A stretch of 61,350 bases of DNA, counting the filler, from Hausera hauseri (lineage: Eukaryota), in the NCBI GenBank assembly GCA_046269625.1. It is 7 parts of 7 records of this genome, joined end to end, with 100 filler letters (N's around TTAATTAATTAA, not from the genome) between each part and the next. Parts side by side here need not be neighbours in the genome. Positions count along the whole stretch, not along the records: positions 25,603 to 31,069 come from JBJURY010248182.1; positions 31,170 to 39,633 come from JBJURY010634330.1; positions 39,734 to 46,445 come from JBJURY010072661.1; 4 more parts are not named here. One strand, given 5' to 3'. The number at the start of each line of letters is the position of its first letter. The stretch's first letter is position 1. Shown piece by piece: positions 28,262 to 40,632 of the stretch. The position numbers were made by a program, and so were the translations under genes. The notes under the pieces are model-generated. The model worked only from the letters and a program-made list of their open reading frames with translations, did no database searches and was not told the DNA's origin.

Positions 28262-30950
28262 TTATTCCCAACGCCAATGCCCGTACGCCCAAATCTTATT
28301 CTGCCCCTTTTAATTACGCTTATCATCATTGCATGATAAAGCGACTTGTATTTGTTACGGTATAAAGCTAATGCTCAATCGACCGGATGATCGTTTGTGA
28401 CACAACAGGCTTTGATTCTCCTTTTCCTCCTTCTTCTTCATAGATACGGCGATAATCATCGTGGCCGATTTCCGTCTGTCTCAGCTGAACTCCTCTTGCC
28501 AGAATTTTCGGTCCACAGTCCGTCAGAAGACTGTAGCACTTTGGACGTAGTAATATCCATTCCCGATATTGAACCCTTACTTTACTTTCATCCTTGAAGC
28601 ATCCGATTTTGTTGGTGATTGCGCTAACGTACAATGGATGATCCGGTGGATAGTTGGACGTGTCCAGTAGTCCATCTGCCATCATTTGCCGGAGCAGTTG
28701 GTCTCGATTGACATTATTCATCTGAAGGAAAAACTGTTTGTGTCACCGGCAACGATACTGATCTCACAGCCGTCAAACATTTGCTGGTAACGTGCCAAGT
28801 CGCGATACTGGCGTTCGTACATTCGCAACTTGCTCAGGTCTAATACCACTTGTCCGATATAGCTTGGTCGGTCCAGTACGACGTCTGCCCGGTTTAACAG
28901 CACGGAAACCAATCCATCGGCAATGTGCATTAACTGCATGAACTGAGCCTCGCTGGTATACGTAACCAGTTGTTTTTCATTGTTGCACACGCGCACATTG
29001 AGCCGCTTCTTCAAATTTTCTACTGTTTTTGTGTACAGTGACTTGTTTCTGAGCTTGTAATAGTCCTTTTCGAACTATGTACAAGCTGCGACTCGTTTCT
29101 CTGAATTTCCATCAATGTAGGTCTTGAATATCGGCGCCTGATTGAGGCGGATTGCACGATGCAGCTGTGTGACGCGTACACCAAGCTAAATGTAAAGCTG
29201 CAGTAGACGCAAATGAACCACGTAAATCAGTTTGGGTTCATGCGTCATGAGCAGTTTTTTTACTTTTGAGCCGGGTGAACACTGGCTGATTTGCGCCACT
29301 GGTAATTCTTCCAGAGCGTCATGCAGCTCATATGGTACCAAAAGTTCGACTTCCATTAGGTAGCCGACTGAGCTGCTTTCTCTCGTGTTTTCTGCTGCTT
29401 GCAGACTGTCCAGCAATGCGTCTAGTTCTTGTTTGTCAATATTAATATAGATGCACAACATTGACGTTGTATCATTGTCATCACTGGTTACATGATGCTT
29501 GTTGACAAATGTCATGCCGCCACGAATACCAACAACAATAGTCGGTACATTTTTAGGTCTTTCAAAAGCTCAATTTCCCTATCCAGCGACATTAGTGCCG
29601 ATGCCCAACTCATTCCTGATATAGAGTAAAAGTTTAGTGGCTCCAGCCTACCTTCAGCCAACACTTTCGCTCGAATCGCTTGGAACATATCGGCTAACAT
29701 GTATACCTCCAGTTTAAGATACTGGAGAATGTAGTACAACATGTTTCTACAGCCAACTTCCATGCATCACATTTGTGCATTCCGGTATTTACCCTCTTCA
29801 ATACCGAGCCATCGCAGCGGTAATTCTTTGTTGTCTGGAATCGCTCATACGATGTTGCAAAGTCATATCGGAATATGCCTTTGCTGCGTGCAATATGTGC
29901 GGGGAACTGCGTCCTTCCTATCGGCACATATGGCAAGGCATTTACCAACTTCGCCAATGATTTATTCAGGAACTGTAATGAGTCAAGAAACCGTACCTAG
30001 AACCGGTTAATACGAGTAGACAGTGACAGGTATTTCTTAATCGTAGTCGGAATTATGGATAGTTCTCAGTGCGGAAATCCGTTTATGCCCATTTTAAAAT
30101 ACGGTACAATAATAACCCCAGAAGTTATGAAAATCACCGGCAGGAATGGCCGCACACGCATTGCCAAATTGCATAAATTGCATGCTGCTCCCAAATATTG
30201 ACCGGTAAAATTGTTGTGATCCGGTACTAGTCGTTTCTGCGCATCAAACGGTAATATTTTGTGGCACAGATAACAATTATCTGTGACTTCAAACGTCAAG
30301 CGTTTATCTTCATCTGTCCACATTAAAGGTTTAAAGCTATTTCTATTGTACCAGGGTGCAATTTCCGTTTCTACTACTGTTTCAAACTGTTGCAGGAAAT
30401 GGCGTACACAATTCCATCCGTGAAAAACATAATATTGAAGTTGACGACCTGCGGCTTTCATTGGGATAACCAACATACCGAAGGCGATTGGAACATGTTT
30501 TTGGTCATATATGTTGTGCCGCGATAAGATAGCTTCGATATGAGCATATACTACATATGCCGGAATGTTTGTTTTTGACCAATCAGTGAACAGGAGTTCC
30601 TTTTTGATGGGCATGACATACATTGTAGTTCCCGATGAATTTTTTCTGCACAGAGTCACATGTTTCTCCAATGTTGTTTTCGACCTGAATCCATGCAGAC
30701 ATACAGGACACCATTTACAACGTAAACGTTTTTCGATGATATGGTCATGTTCCATATTCAACATTATGTCTAAATTTGTCACTGCAACGTAATGGTACGT
30801 TTCTTTTTGTTCCAGTAGCAACAAATTTACTAAGCAGCGGCCATTTGGGTTCCGACTACGATAAATTATATCCACATGATGATTTTTGTAAATTTCTTCA
30901 TCTGCTGGTATTTCTATAATTGTGTTGCACCGGAACACGTTGATTGCCAG
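28262..30950 (-). pseudogene. polB: Protein-primed family B DNA polymerase (pPolB) of Polinton type, multiply frameshifted
   Basis: Collinear motifs: zinc finger CPVCLHGF..LEKH..LC; YVVYAHIE (ExoI decayed); EndoVII-like DHNNFTGQYLGAACNLCNL; FHNFWGY; RFLDSLQFL; KGIFRYDF; YLKLEVYMLADMF; GIRGG; YYKLRNKSLYTK (motif B); GDTNS (motif C); DTSNYP; KIGCFKDE; LRPKCYS; LSCNDDKR; AYGHW. Confidence 0.93.
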
Positions 30951-31069
30951 TGTCAGATTACGCCGTTAGTAGAGGAAAAATGAGAGTTCTGGCCCAAAAC
31001 CCTATAGCCCCCCTTGAAATTGATGCGTTTAAACAAAAATGCATTTCACGAATTGATATATCGGTACTT

Positions 31070-31169
31070 NNNNNNNNNNNNNNNNNNNNNNNNNNNNNNN
31101 NNNNNNNNNNNNNTTAATTAATTAANNNNNNNNNNNNNNNNNNNNNNNNNNNNNNNNNNNNNNNNNNNN
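31070..31169. other. Assembly gap/linker
   Basis: Same 100-nt N/TTAATTAATTAA spacer. Confidence 0.99.
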
Positions 31170-32089
31170 AACATCTACTCACTCAGAAGTCCTGAGAATA
31201 CTAGCACTGAGCACATCTGCTCTCTTCGAAGTCTCCTGAATACTGCCTGTCGTTGCTATATTTCCAACACTTTTGTTATCTCCGTTCCTCCGCCTACGCA
31301 ATTGACTTTTTTTTTTTTTTGGTCCTGCCACTTTCTGCCTTCGCATCCTGTTTCTTCATAGTTTTTCACTCCTATTTCCGCTATCCGTGCGTGGGTGTTC
31401 TTTGTAGTTGATTTGTTGATGTCTCTTTCTCGTGTTGCGGTTCTTTTATTATATAGCGCTTTCTGACTTTGCAGTCTTTACTCTACGACAACACGCCCCT
31501 TCCTTAAATGAAAGATGTTTTTTCTACTTCTATAGACAAAACTTCTTTCTAACCATTCTGGTTCATTTGTGTTCTCGATTGAGTATTCATTCTGTGTGCT
31601 TCGTTCTCTATAATCCCCCCCTCCCTTACTGAAAAAGTATTTTTCATGTCCTTCTGGCTTTCTACACGTTTACAATCACTTCAGTTACATATGATGGAAA
31701 TGGAAAATCTTTTCCATTTCGTGCTGAAGTCTTGACTTTTAAACCTTCTGTATAGTGAGGCTCGGATAAATAGTTCCGATGTCGTGATAGTCAACGCTCG
31801 TCGTCTTGATGAGGGTTTTGGCTTTTTTGGATAGTTGCTTCAGTGTTATCGTTATCTCTTTCTTTCTTCCCATGGTATCCCATGTAATTTTGTAGTTTTT
31901 GTAACCATTGAAACCTTCAGTTAATCCCGAATAATGTATCTAGTAGTTCTCCTAGAAACTGAAGTATTGCTCGTTTTCTTCTCTCCTTTGTCAACCAGTT
32001 CAAACTTCTTCTTGCCATAATCTTATTTCTGGTTCGGATTCCAACAGGATCATCTGAAAATGTGTCGCTGGTGGCGTTTTCTGACTTCT

Positions 32090-33600
32090 TTATTTGTGGT
32101 ATACTGCTGTCTGAAGTCGTAATCTGGCATTCTTCAACTGGGTTTCAATATCCGATAACTGTACTTGAAAAGTCATTAGTGATTGTATTATCACTAATTT
32201 CCATCGAGCTTGTACTGTGTGTACATCTTTAACCTTCAGAAATATTGTGCCTTGCGATTGAAACAAGTCTTGCTTGGTGTGTGTCACTCTGACCATAAAC
32301 GAGCATGTAAACACTGTTATCCACTAATACCAGCGCATGGTTCGTTTGTCTGTGGACAACCATGTCATGTGTTAGTCTTATACCAACTGTAACATATTTT
32401 GCAATAATATTTTCATGACCTTTTCTTTTTCTGTTTCGTTTTGAGTGACTTCTACTACCTCCTTTTGTTGAGCTATGTTGGGAAGTTGTGTTTCCTTTTC
32501 CGCTGTCTGTGTATTTGTTTTCTTTTTGTCTGCCCCTACTTCGATTTTCTTGGTTCTGCCGTATGTCTAACTGATTAACTTCAACGAACAGCTCGTTTCT
32601 CTTTATTACTTCAGTCATTTGTTTTCGCAGCTTCATAATCGTTGCTGTTTTCTTCACATTGGCTTCTTCAAGCTTTGTGGTTTGGTGTTCCATTTCTCGA
32701 AGCATAGTTTCGGTTTCATAAACCTTACTTTGCAATTCTTGGGTTTGGTTCTCTGCTTCTCTTCTGGCTTCTATAAGCTTGTTGAGACTGTCTCAGATAT
32801 TCTTTATTTCCTCATCTTTGTGTCATGTTATTTCTTGTATTTCTGCAATCTTGGCTTCTACTTGTTATCTGGCTAAGTCTTGTTTTCGTTTTATTTCTTC
32901 TTCTCGCTGTATATATTTGCATCGAAGTGCAGCTTGTCGAGTTATTTTGTTACATGGCTTGTGTTCCTTAGATATGTTTCTCTTGTTCTTTTAGGGCATC
33001 TTACAATGCATTCAATTTCTGATGTTGCGGTGGTATCAGACTCTTCTACTGCTACTGTCTTGTGGTAGTGCTATCTGTGTTACGTCCTTATCTTTGTCAG
33101 CTTCTTGTGATTGTCTAAGTTCTCTGTCATGTAGCCTGCGTTTTCTTTCGAACAATGGTAGATCACTGTCTTCGGATGACGTAGGCCACAAATTTTGACC
33201 CCGCTTTAGTTGTCGGGCTTTTGCTTCAGCAAACCTTTTCCTAGCTGCTGCTCTAGTGTTTGGGTATGATGTGTTATCTCCTGATTCAGTTCTTTGGTTA
33301 GGTCGTGTGGGCATTGGATCTTTTGTAGGTGTAATTGACAAGGGTATTGGACCTATTGCATATCGAGTATCACTGTCAGAACTATCAAAAGTTTCACTGC
33401 TCGTTTTATCTCTGGATGATTCGGATTCTTCATCAGCTGGTGGGACTACAAATCTGGATTGTCGAGTCCTAGCATCCTTTATTTGTTGGTTTTCTATGGG
33501 CCAAGATCTATCATCGTGTCTGATATAATCTGTGGTTGCTTTAGCTGTCTGGCCTGTGTACTGGTTTTTGACTACATGTCACAGGTCCTAGTTGTTCCTT
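32090..33600 (-). pseudogene. Fragmented post-integrase coding region (S/D-rich then coiled-coil/K-rich), function unknown
   Basis: ORFs 33036-33341 and 32229-32735 on the element's sense strand; heptad-like E/K/Q/L-rich sequence. Confidence 0.45.
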
Positions 33601-33628
33601 GATTGTGAACCCTGGAATCCAGTGGTTG

Positions 33629-34450
33629 TCAAATTTTGACTTTCTGTGATGTTGACGATAGCAGAAATGCATTACTGATGTTTCTGCTTACTTTCACAGC
33701 TATTTCGTGTAATTTCTGTAGGAGATGCTTATGGAAGTCATCTCCCTGATATTTCTGTCTCGGTTTAAGTAGATTATCTACTGGGAGGATGGGTTCACGT
33801 CCATATACCATTTCAAAAGGTGTGTATTTATGGCTTCCATTTCCATACATTGAATGACCATAGCTGCCTTGCTCAAGTGTAGATCCTACTCCTTGGGTTG
33901 GTCTTTAACATGTTTGCCCATTATTATGTTGTACAGGGTAGTGTGTTGTCTTTCATTAATTCTGTTTGCCCCTGGATTGTAGTGTGCCGTTTTGACGTGT
34001 TTGATGTTTAGTTCTTGTAATGTTTCCTCGAGGGCTCGGTTTACAAATTCGGTACTGTTGTCGGTGATTACAACCTTGGGACATCCGAATCTGGGTATGA
34101 AATGTCCTATCAAAATGTCTGTGATATTGTCAGCAGCCTTGTCCGGTATGGCAAAGAGTTCAGGCCAACAACTGTATATGTCGACAATGTGCAGTATGTG
34201 CTTATTGCCTGACAGTGTTAGTGGGTGCGGCCCTGACAGATCTAGGCTTATCTTCTTGAACGGGTATGCTGCATAATCTGGTTTTTGCATCGGGTGCTTG
34301 AGTATTTCGATCCCATGTAATTTACAGACTTCACATTTCTGTACATATTCCAGTAATACTTGCGATTGATAATTGATTGTGCCTGATCTCTACCGAGGTG
34401 TCCTAGGTCATCGTGATATTGTTGGATGACTTATTGTCATAAATATTGTG
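33629..34450 (-). pseudogene. Gypsy integrase
   Basis: ISLDLSGP, VDIYSCWPE, ITDNSTEF, YNPGANRINER, TPFEMVYGREP. Confidence 0.92.
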
Positions 34451-34598
34451 GGACACATTATTGCAACTCGCCTTGTCGGTTCAAACGGTATAAAATTTCA
34501 TCTGCTATAATGTATTGTGACCATTTATTGAGTTTATTTACATTGCCAGATTTCATATCTTTTATTATGCGTGTTAATTCCGTATCTTTAAGCTGTTC

Positions 34599-35381
34599 TT
34601 ATTTCACGTTGAATTCAGTCTCCTCTGTATCTGTTGGTTCCACTGTGATGTCGGTATCATACGTATTCTTGTTGTTTGAATTTATGATGGCAACTTGTAA
34701 TGTGTGGTTGTCTATCTCGGGTGTGCTATCTTTATCTGTCAGCGCTTGGTTATCCTTATTCTTATCAGGCATTCTTGACAGCAAATCGGCTACTGTGTTT
34801 TCTGGACCTGGGATATATTCTATTTGTGCGTCGTATCCCTGTAAGTTGATGCACCACTGTTGGATTCGACGGTTTTGAATATCTCCTTTCAGTAATGCTT
34901 TCAGTGGCATATGGTCTGTCTTGATGATAAACTTGCTATTATGGAGATAAAAATGTAATTTCTGTAGCGCATAGTGGATTGCATACACTTATTTCTCTGT
35001 GACTGACCACTTTCGTTGAGACTTTGTCAAGCGGTGGAACAAAAAGTAAATAGGTTTTTCTCTGGTTCTAAGTTTTCCATTGACCTGTTCAGTACCATCT
35101 TCTTGGGCTAGTACTGCTCCCATTGCATACTCTAATGCATCGGTATGGAGGATTTACTCTTTATTAGGGTCTGGGTAAGCCAATAATGGTACAATTGAGA
35201 GACTCTCCTTTAAATATTCGAAGGCTTTCTGGCATGTAGGTTCCCACTTGAATCTTTTGAACTTGCATGTCAATGCCACAATTTGTTCAGCAATTTGGGA
35301 AAAATTTGGGATAAAACGCCTGTAATATCCACATGTGCCAAGGAAACCACATACTTCTTTGGTGTTTCTAGGAGCAGCCAT
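34599..35381 (-). pseudogene. Gypsy RT connection and RNase H
   Basis: FLGTCGYYRRFIPNFS, LAYPD, HTDALEYAMGAVL, KTDHMPL, PGPENTVADLLSR. Confidence 0.92.
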
Positions 35382-35384
35382 GGA

Positions 35385-36179
35385 CTAGATTGCCTGTACC
35401 TTCTCACAATCGGTTTTAATTCCTTCTTGAGATATTACAAAGCCTAGGTATTTTGTCTCCTCTTTGAGAAACTTGCATTTTGACAGTTTTAACTTGACCT
35501 TGTGTTGACGCATGCGATCAAATACCTTTTCCACATGTTGTAGGTGGTCTTCGATGTTGGACTTAGTGAATATCAAAACATCATTAATATAGGTGAGGGC
35601 ATAACTTTGTAGACCTTCGAGCACGATATTCATAAGCGACATGTATGTGGCCGATGAACCTTTAAGTCCAAACGGCATCACATTCCATGCATAGCTTCTG
35701 GTGTGCGTGCAAAAGGCACTCTTCTCTTTCGCTTCCGGTGTCATAGGAATGCACCAAAATCCAGATCGTGCATCAAGTGTGGTGAAATATGTTGTCCCTT
35801 CTAACAAGCCCAATATGTCATCTATTAAAGGCATGGGATAAGATACATTTGTCGAGATGGCATTCAGCTGGTGATAATCCACACAGAATCTGTGGCTTCC
35901 ATCTTTCTTGGACACTATCACCACAGGGAATGACCATTCTGACCTGGTACATTCTATGATCCCATCACGTAACATCTCCTCAACCACCTTCTCCACTATG
36001 TCTTGGTTTCCCAGACGTGAAAGGTACGGTCTGAGACTTATCGGAGGATGGTTGCCTGTGTGAATTTTCATGGATACTGTCTGTGTTCGACCAAGCTCTG
36101 TCTCTGATATCGCAAACACTTCAGCGTGTTTAGTCACAAACTGTTGAATTCTCTCTTTGTGCTTGTCTTCAACTTTCAA
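35385..36179 (-). pseudogene. Gypsy reverse transcriptase (YxDD mutated to YIND)
   Basis: SEWSFPVVIVSKKDGSHRFCVDY, LDARSGFW, MPFGL, YINDVLIF, KYLGF. Confidence 0.95.
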
Positions 36180-36731
36180 AGTCTTGCTAATCCTTCCATC
36201 GGTCTGGGTAACTGCTACTACGACTGGTGTCTTGCTTCTTTAGCCACCATCCTTGTCTAATTTCTTGTAATGCTTTGTCTCGGTGTTGTCGTTTCTCTGA
36301 CAGTTTCATGTTTGCGTTACTGACCTCTGGTTTCTGCGGTTTCTTTTGTACGTTAGAGGTAGTCTTATTAAATAAGCATGTTTCAAAAACTTCAATGTGT
36401 GGTTTTTCTGCTTTAGTGATAACACATCCTTTGTTAGAGTAATAGTTTTTCCTGTATGATTCATGATCATAACTAGAGCCTGTCTTTTACTATTCAACTG
36501 CACGAGACCACACACAGTCTGTAGTCCAGGTTCATTGACTACTTCATGTTCCGCCAACGGTATTATATGAACATTTTCTCCCTGCTGCCAATAGTCATTT
36601 CGTTTCATTTCTGCTATTACTATGTTTATTGAATTGGGTTTCATTACTATCTTGTTTTTAACTCTGATAATCGAGGCAATGTGTACCACATCTTCGAGAT
36701 CCACATATTCACTGTTTATCCGTATCTTCTT

Positions 36732-37100
36732 TTAGTCAAAATAGATACATGCTTGGTGTCGATTAAAAAAATCTCTCCCGATGATAGCACTACGACTCAT
36801 GTTTCTTACGACCAAGAAGTTATGTGTCATCACTGTATTTCCGATGATGAATAGTAGCTTTGTTTCTCCCAAAACGTTCAGTTGGTTTCCAGATTCTGAT
36901 CGCAAATCAACCGATTGTTTAACTAACGGCCCTGGTTTCTTGATCATTTTAAATACTCTTTCACTGATAATGCTGACCTGCGCTCCCGTGTCTACCAAAC
37001 ATCTAACTTTGATCTTTCCAAAGTAGACAATGCATGAGCTTGGATCAGTGATGTAATTGATCTCGACCATGTGTCTGCTATTCTCTTCTGTAAACTTCAT
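36732..37100 (-). pseudogene. Retropepsin aspartic protease
   Basis: CLVDTGAQVSII ... AIIGRDF. Confidence 0.92.
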
Positions 37101-37122
37101 GGACGACTGACAGTTTCAAACT

Positions 37123-38922
37123 TTAGGGAGTGGACGTTGTAATGGGTGTGGTGTTATGGTGTGAACTTCCGTCTCTAATCACTTTGACCTTTCTACTTTC
37201 ATCCACTTCCATGGGCCCATATTCCTGTTGATTTTCATATCTCATTGTCTTATTTCTGGGATCTGCTCTATTTGGTGTTGCAACTTCATTTCTCTCATAG
37301 TTTCTGTGCTTGTTGTCGTATTTGGTCTTCTTTGGATTAACCTCTTTCTTCTCTGGTTCTTTTTGTAAGTTGTATTTCATCTGCCTTTTTGTGTACATTT
37401 TCCAGCTGTCTGCAGCATACCGTCGCTCCACTGGCCTGTCTGGGTCGTAATTGTTCAAATTCCGTTTGATCATTGACCTTCTGTGGTGTGGTTCTGTATA
37501 TTCATGGTCTCTACCATATTCTTTATGTGATCTGCGTTTTGATGAATTCCTGTGGTAATTCTGATTCTTGTTTCTTACAATACGTGTGTGCGCTTTCCCC
37601 TTGTGTCTGCTCTTATCTGTGTCATATAATCTTCTTTGTGTGTCTTGACCGTTTTTCTCTGACTTCACTTGCTTTCTATGTAAAGGCTGTCATGTATTTT
37701 CATTTATGCCATGTGTAGCTTCCATTAGTTACCTGCTCCGCCGAAAGCTCCTTTCGAAGCAGGGTACTCATTTCCCTGCTTCTCCTGATTGCTCATCTCT
37801 CTTCGTACATTATTGTTGTGATTTCTACAAAATTTGGTGAAATGCCCTTCTTTCCCACATATGAAACATTTTCTGTCATTTTGAGCTGAATTTCTCGATA
37901 AGGTTTACTGTGGCATTCTTTGGCTATGTGTCCATCTTTTCCGCACCGGTAACATCTGGTGTGTTTCTCTACTTCATGAATCATGAGCCTATGTTCATGT
38001 CATCTGTCTCGGTAACGTTTATACTCGGTGTGTCTTCCACGCCATTTATATCTATAATGGTCAACATCCATTTGCTCTTCGTCACATTCTATGGACTTCT
38101 CTCTACCTAATCTTATGTTTATTCATTTGCTGAAGTTTTCTTCATCAACGGCTGTATGGATGGCAGCTTGGATCGTTTTCAGCTCTTCTTTCATCAATTT
38201 AATTTTGATCCGAGTGTTTCTCAAACCATCGATAAAAATCGGGATCAGCAGTTGCCAATTTTTTCCGATAGCACGTCTTGACCTGCGTAAGCTTCTTCAG
38301 CCATGTTCAAAACTTTGTCATCATATAACTGAACAGGAATGTCTTTTTCTTGTCGTATTTTCCTCAGAGCCACAATAGCATATTGCATGTCGCTCACCTC
38401 GGTGTAACATTTGGCGAGAGTCTTCTTAAAGGCATCCCATGTTTTCTTGGGATGGGTGAGAAATCTACGCCTGACAAAGTCGTTTGCTAGTCCATCGGTG
38501 GTCATATAGGCTAGCTCTTTTTTCTCATCTTCCGTTGCCTTTATCATATAACTATATTTCTCGACCTGAGAAATCCATGTCTTGAATTGTCTGGTTTCCC
38601 ATCCATTAAAGGGTTGCACGAATGTTCTAACATTTTGATGTCTGCTATTCAGGTTGACTTTAGTCACCATGGTCTCGATTTTGTCGAGGGCCTTTCTTAT
38701 GGGATCATCTCGTCCAGCACTTGATTTTGGTGGGTGAGGTTTCGCTTCCCTACTGGTAGACTGACTGCTCAGTTGTAAGCTTTCTACCAGTTTTCTCAAT
38801 TCTTCCTTCTCTATGCGCGTGTTACTAAGTTCGGCCATAATGGTGTCCAGTTGTGCTTGAGGCACCATCACCAGCCGTTCACCGCTTCCTTCCGCCATAT
38901 TTTCTATCAAACTTTCTTCCAA
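37123..38922 (-). pseudogene. gag: Gypsy gag with two CCHC zinc knuckles
   Basis: Capsid-like PFNG..FKTWISQVE; MDVD/PMEVD motifs; CYRCGKDGHIAKEC and (shifted frame) CFICGKEGHFTKFC. Confidence 0.88.
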
Positions 38923-39230
38923 ATTGTGTATAAACTTCAGTCAATTTTCTTGTATTTTCCCTTACTTAATGTCAGTTCTGAAACTTAGAATTTTCTCCAT
39001 TGCTAACCACAAATGTTCAGTACATATACAGTCTAGTTAACCTTAGTACACATACAGTTTGGTTTTCGTTTGTAACACGTCTTTACACAATCTTGTCTAC
39101 ATATAGTATACTAAATAATATCAATATAATTACACCGATCTATGCTAATTCTCCAGTTAGATGTCTCTCTTAGACACTTTAGGTTGCTTTTCAGTGCTAT
39201 GCATCCTGTAGTCTGGCGTCGGTGACCGTA

Positions 39231-39245
39231 GTCTCACCGGCACCA
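39231..39245 (-). promoter_or_regulatory. Candidate primer-binding site TGGTGCCGGTGAGAC
   Basis: TGG-initiated, ~300 nt upstream of gag; only 8 nt match the tRNA-His/Phe-type TGGTGCCG; no canonical CA LTR end directly before it. Confidence 0.45.
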
Positions 39246-39633
39246 AATAAACTATATATAATAGTTATTCGCTACACTGCCATTGTGCTCTCACTGGCAC
39301 TATGAAACTATGATCTGAGACAACTACACCTACTGCTCAGCCGTGTAGCTACTGTGATACATCATTGGAGCGCAGTGATCTAATATAGTGTTAGCATTTG
39401 TTAGTCAATTGACGGTGTTTATCAAATGCCCCCAGAGTTCGTGTATTCACAGTGACAAGCCATAACAACACAATGAAAGTTAACATCGTAACACAACAGT
39501 CAAATCGTGCAACTAAGCCTTGGCATGAACTCTATACACTGGAGAATGCCATCGTTTAATAAAATCAACTTTATTAAACGTTAATTGGAACAAGCATATT
39601 AACACTATATATAGGACTTTTAACTTCAACATG
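39246..39633 (-). repeat. Probable partial 5' LTR
   Basis: Minus-strand TATATA (~39606-39613) followed by AATAAA (39570-39575) upstream of the candidate PBS; partner LTR not in the contig. Confidence 0.5.
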
Positions 39634-39733
39634 NNNNNNNNNNNNNNNNNNNNNNNNNNNNNNNNNNNNNNNNNNNNTTAATTAATTAANNNNNNNNNNN
39701 NNNNNNNNNNNNNNNNNNNNNNNNNNNNNNNNN
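39634..39733. other. Assembly gap/linker
   Basis: Same 100-nt spacer. Confidence 0.99.
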
Positions 39734-40578
39734 TACTCCACCGACCAAAATCGGTTCGGTGACATTCACGTAAATGTACATTTGACTTAGTCCAGTTTTC
39801 AGTTTGGGTTCAAGTGTTGCTGCCGCCTTCGTATTCGATGCCTCAAACCGCTGTTTTTCAAAACCCAATACCATGGCCAAAGCTTTATCTAAGGATATGT
39901 TAACAATATCCTTAGCCAGTTCAAATTTAATATACCCATTTGCATCTGACTCGAAAACTTTAAATATCGCTTTGTACTTTTGATTTGAAGAAAAGTGTTG
40001 ACAGAGTTGTGCTACAGATTCACAATAGACATTGTCCCCAATCGATGCGTATGATATTGATACCATTTCTGCTGTATAGGTAAATTTCACCGTTGTCTGG
40101 TAATATAAGGGACTTAATTTTATACCAACTACATATTCACTTTTAATGTGTTGACCTTTGTACTCAGTATTTTTGAATCCAAATTTCTGCACCATCTCAA
40201 AAGACGGAAAGATAACAGTGAATTTAAAATCTGATATAAAATGTAAGTTTTAATCTAAAATAAAAACACCAATTTGCCGTGTGAACCGTAATTTGCTTCG
40301 GTCGTGCAAATGGCCGATTTCTCAACTGTTATTTTATTGTTGGTAAGTGTCAGAGGACAAGAATGCGTTTTGGTTTCAGTAACAGTCTTGTTGTATGTTA
40401 TTTTTATACTACCTTTCAATGTCAACGGTGCGTAGGGAAAGTTAAATTCCGCCAGTGCAACCTCCCATTTTCCAGATAAATCCAAAGGATTGTTTCAGTC
40501 TACAGCGTATTCACTGGGGGAATTGTTCGGACGAGTCGTCGGACAACTGTTGCTCGGCAACATCATGTAAATACTCAT
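39734..40578 (-). pseudogene. Penton-like minor capsid protein 2 (cut by gap)
   Basis: MSIYMMLPSNS...NNPLDLSGKWEVALAEFNFP ... QMYIYVNVTEPILVGG. Confidence 0.82.
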
Positions 40579-40632
40579 GATCTCGATGAAGGAGATTATG
40601 ATGATTATGATAGTGATGACGCAGTTTGTTTA

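Larger units (their letters stand above)
26640..31069. mobile_element. Decayed Polinton/Maverick (adintovirus-like) fragment A
   Basis: pPolB pseudogene plus segments homologous to fragment B (39734-46445); no TIR identified. Confidence 0.9.
31170..39633 (-). mobile_element. Decayed Ty3/Gypsy LTR retrotransposon 1 (partial 5' LTR, gag, PR-RT-RH-INT, long 3' extension)
   Basis: Domain order gag, protease, RT, RNase H, integrase on minus strand; many stops and frameshifts. Confidence 0.95.

Noticed and set aside
36306-36704. dUTPase in the post-protease spacer (also 60753-61202)
   Set aside because: Beta-rich linker common in invertebrate Gypsy pol; no recognisable dUTPase catalytic motifs
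37105-37125. -1 frameshift slippery site between gag and pol (TTTGAAAC on minus)
   Set aside because: Not a canonical X XXY YYZ heptamer, and the copy is too decayed to infer the frame relationship
33992-37718. Plus-strand ORFs antisense to Gypsy pol/gag
   Set aside because: Shadow ORFs of an A-rich coding strand with no motifs
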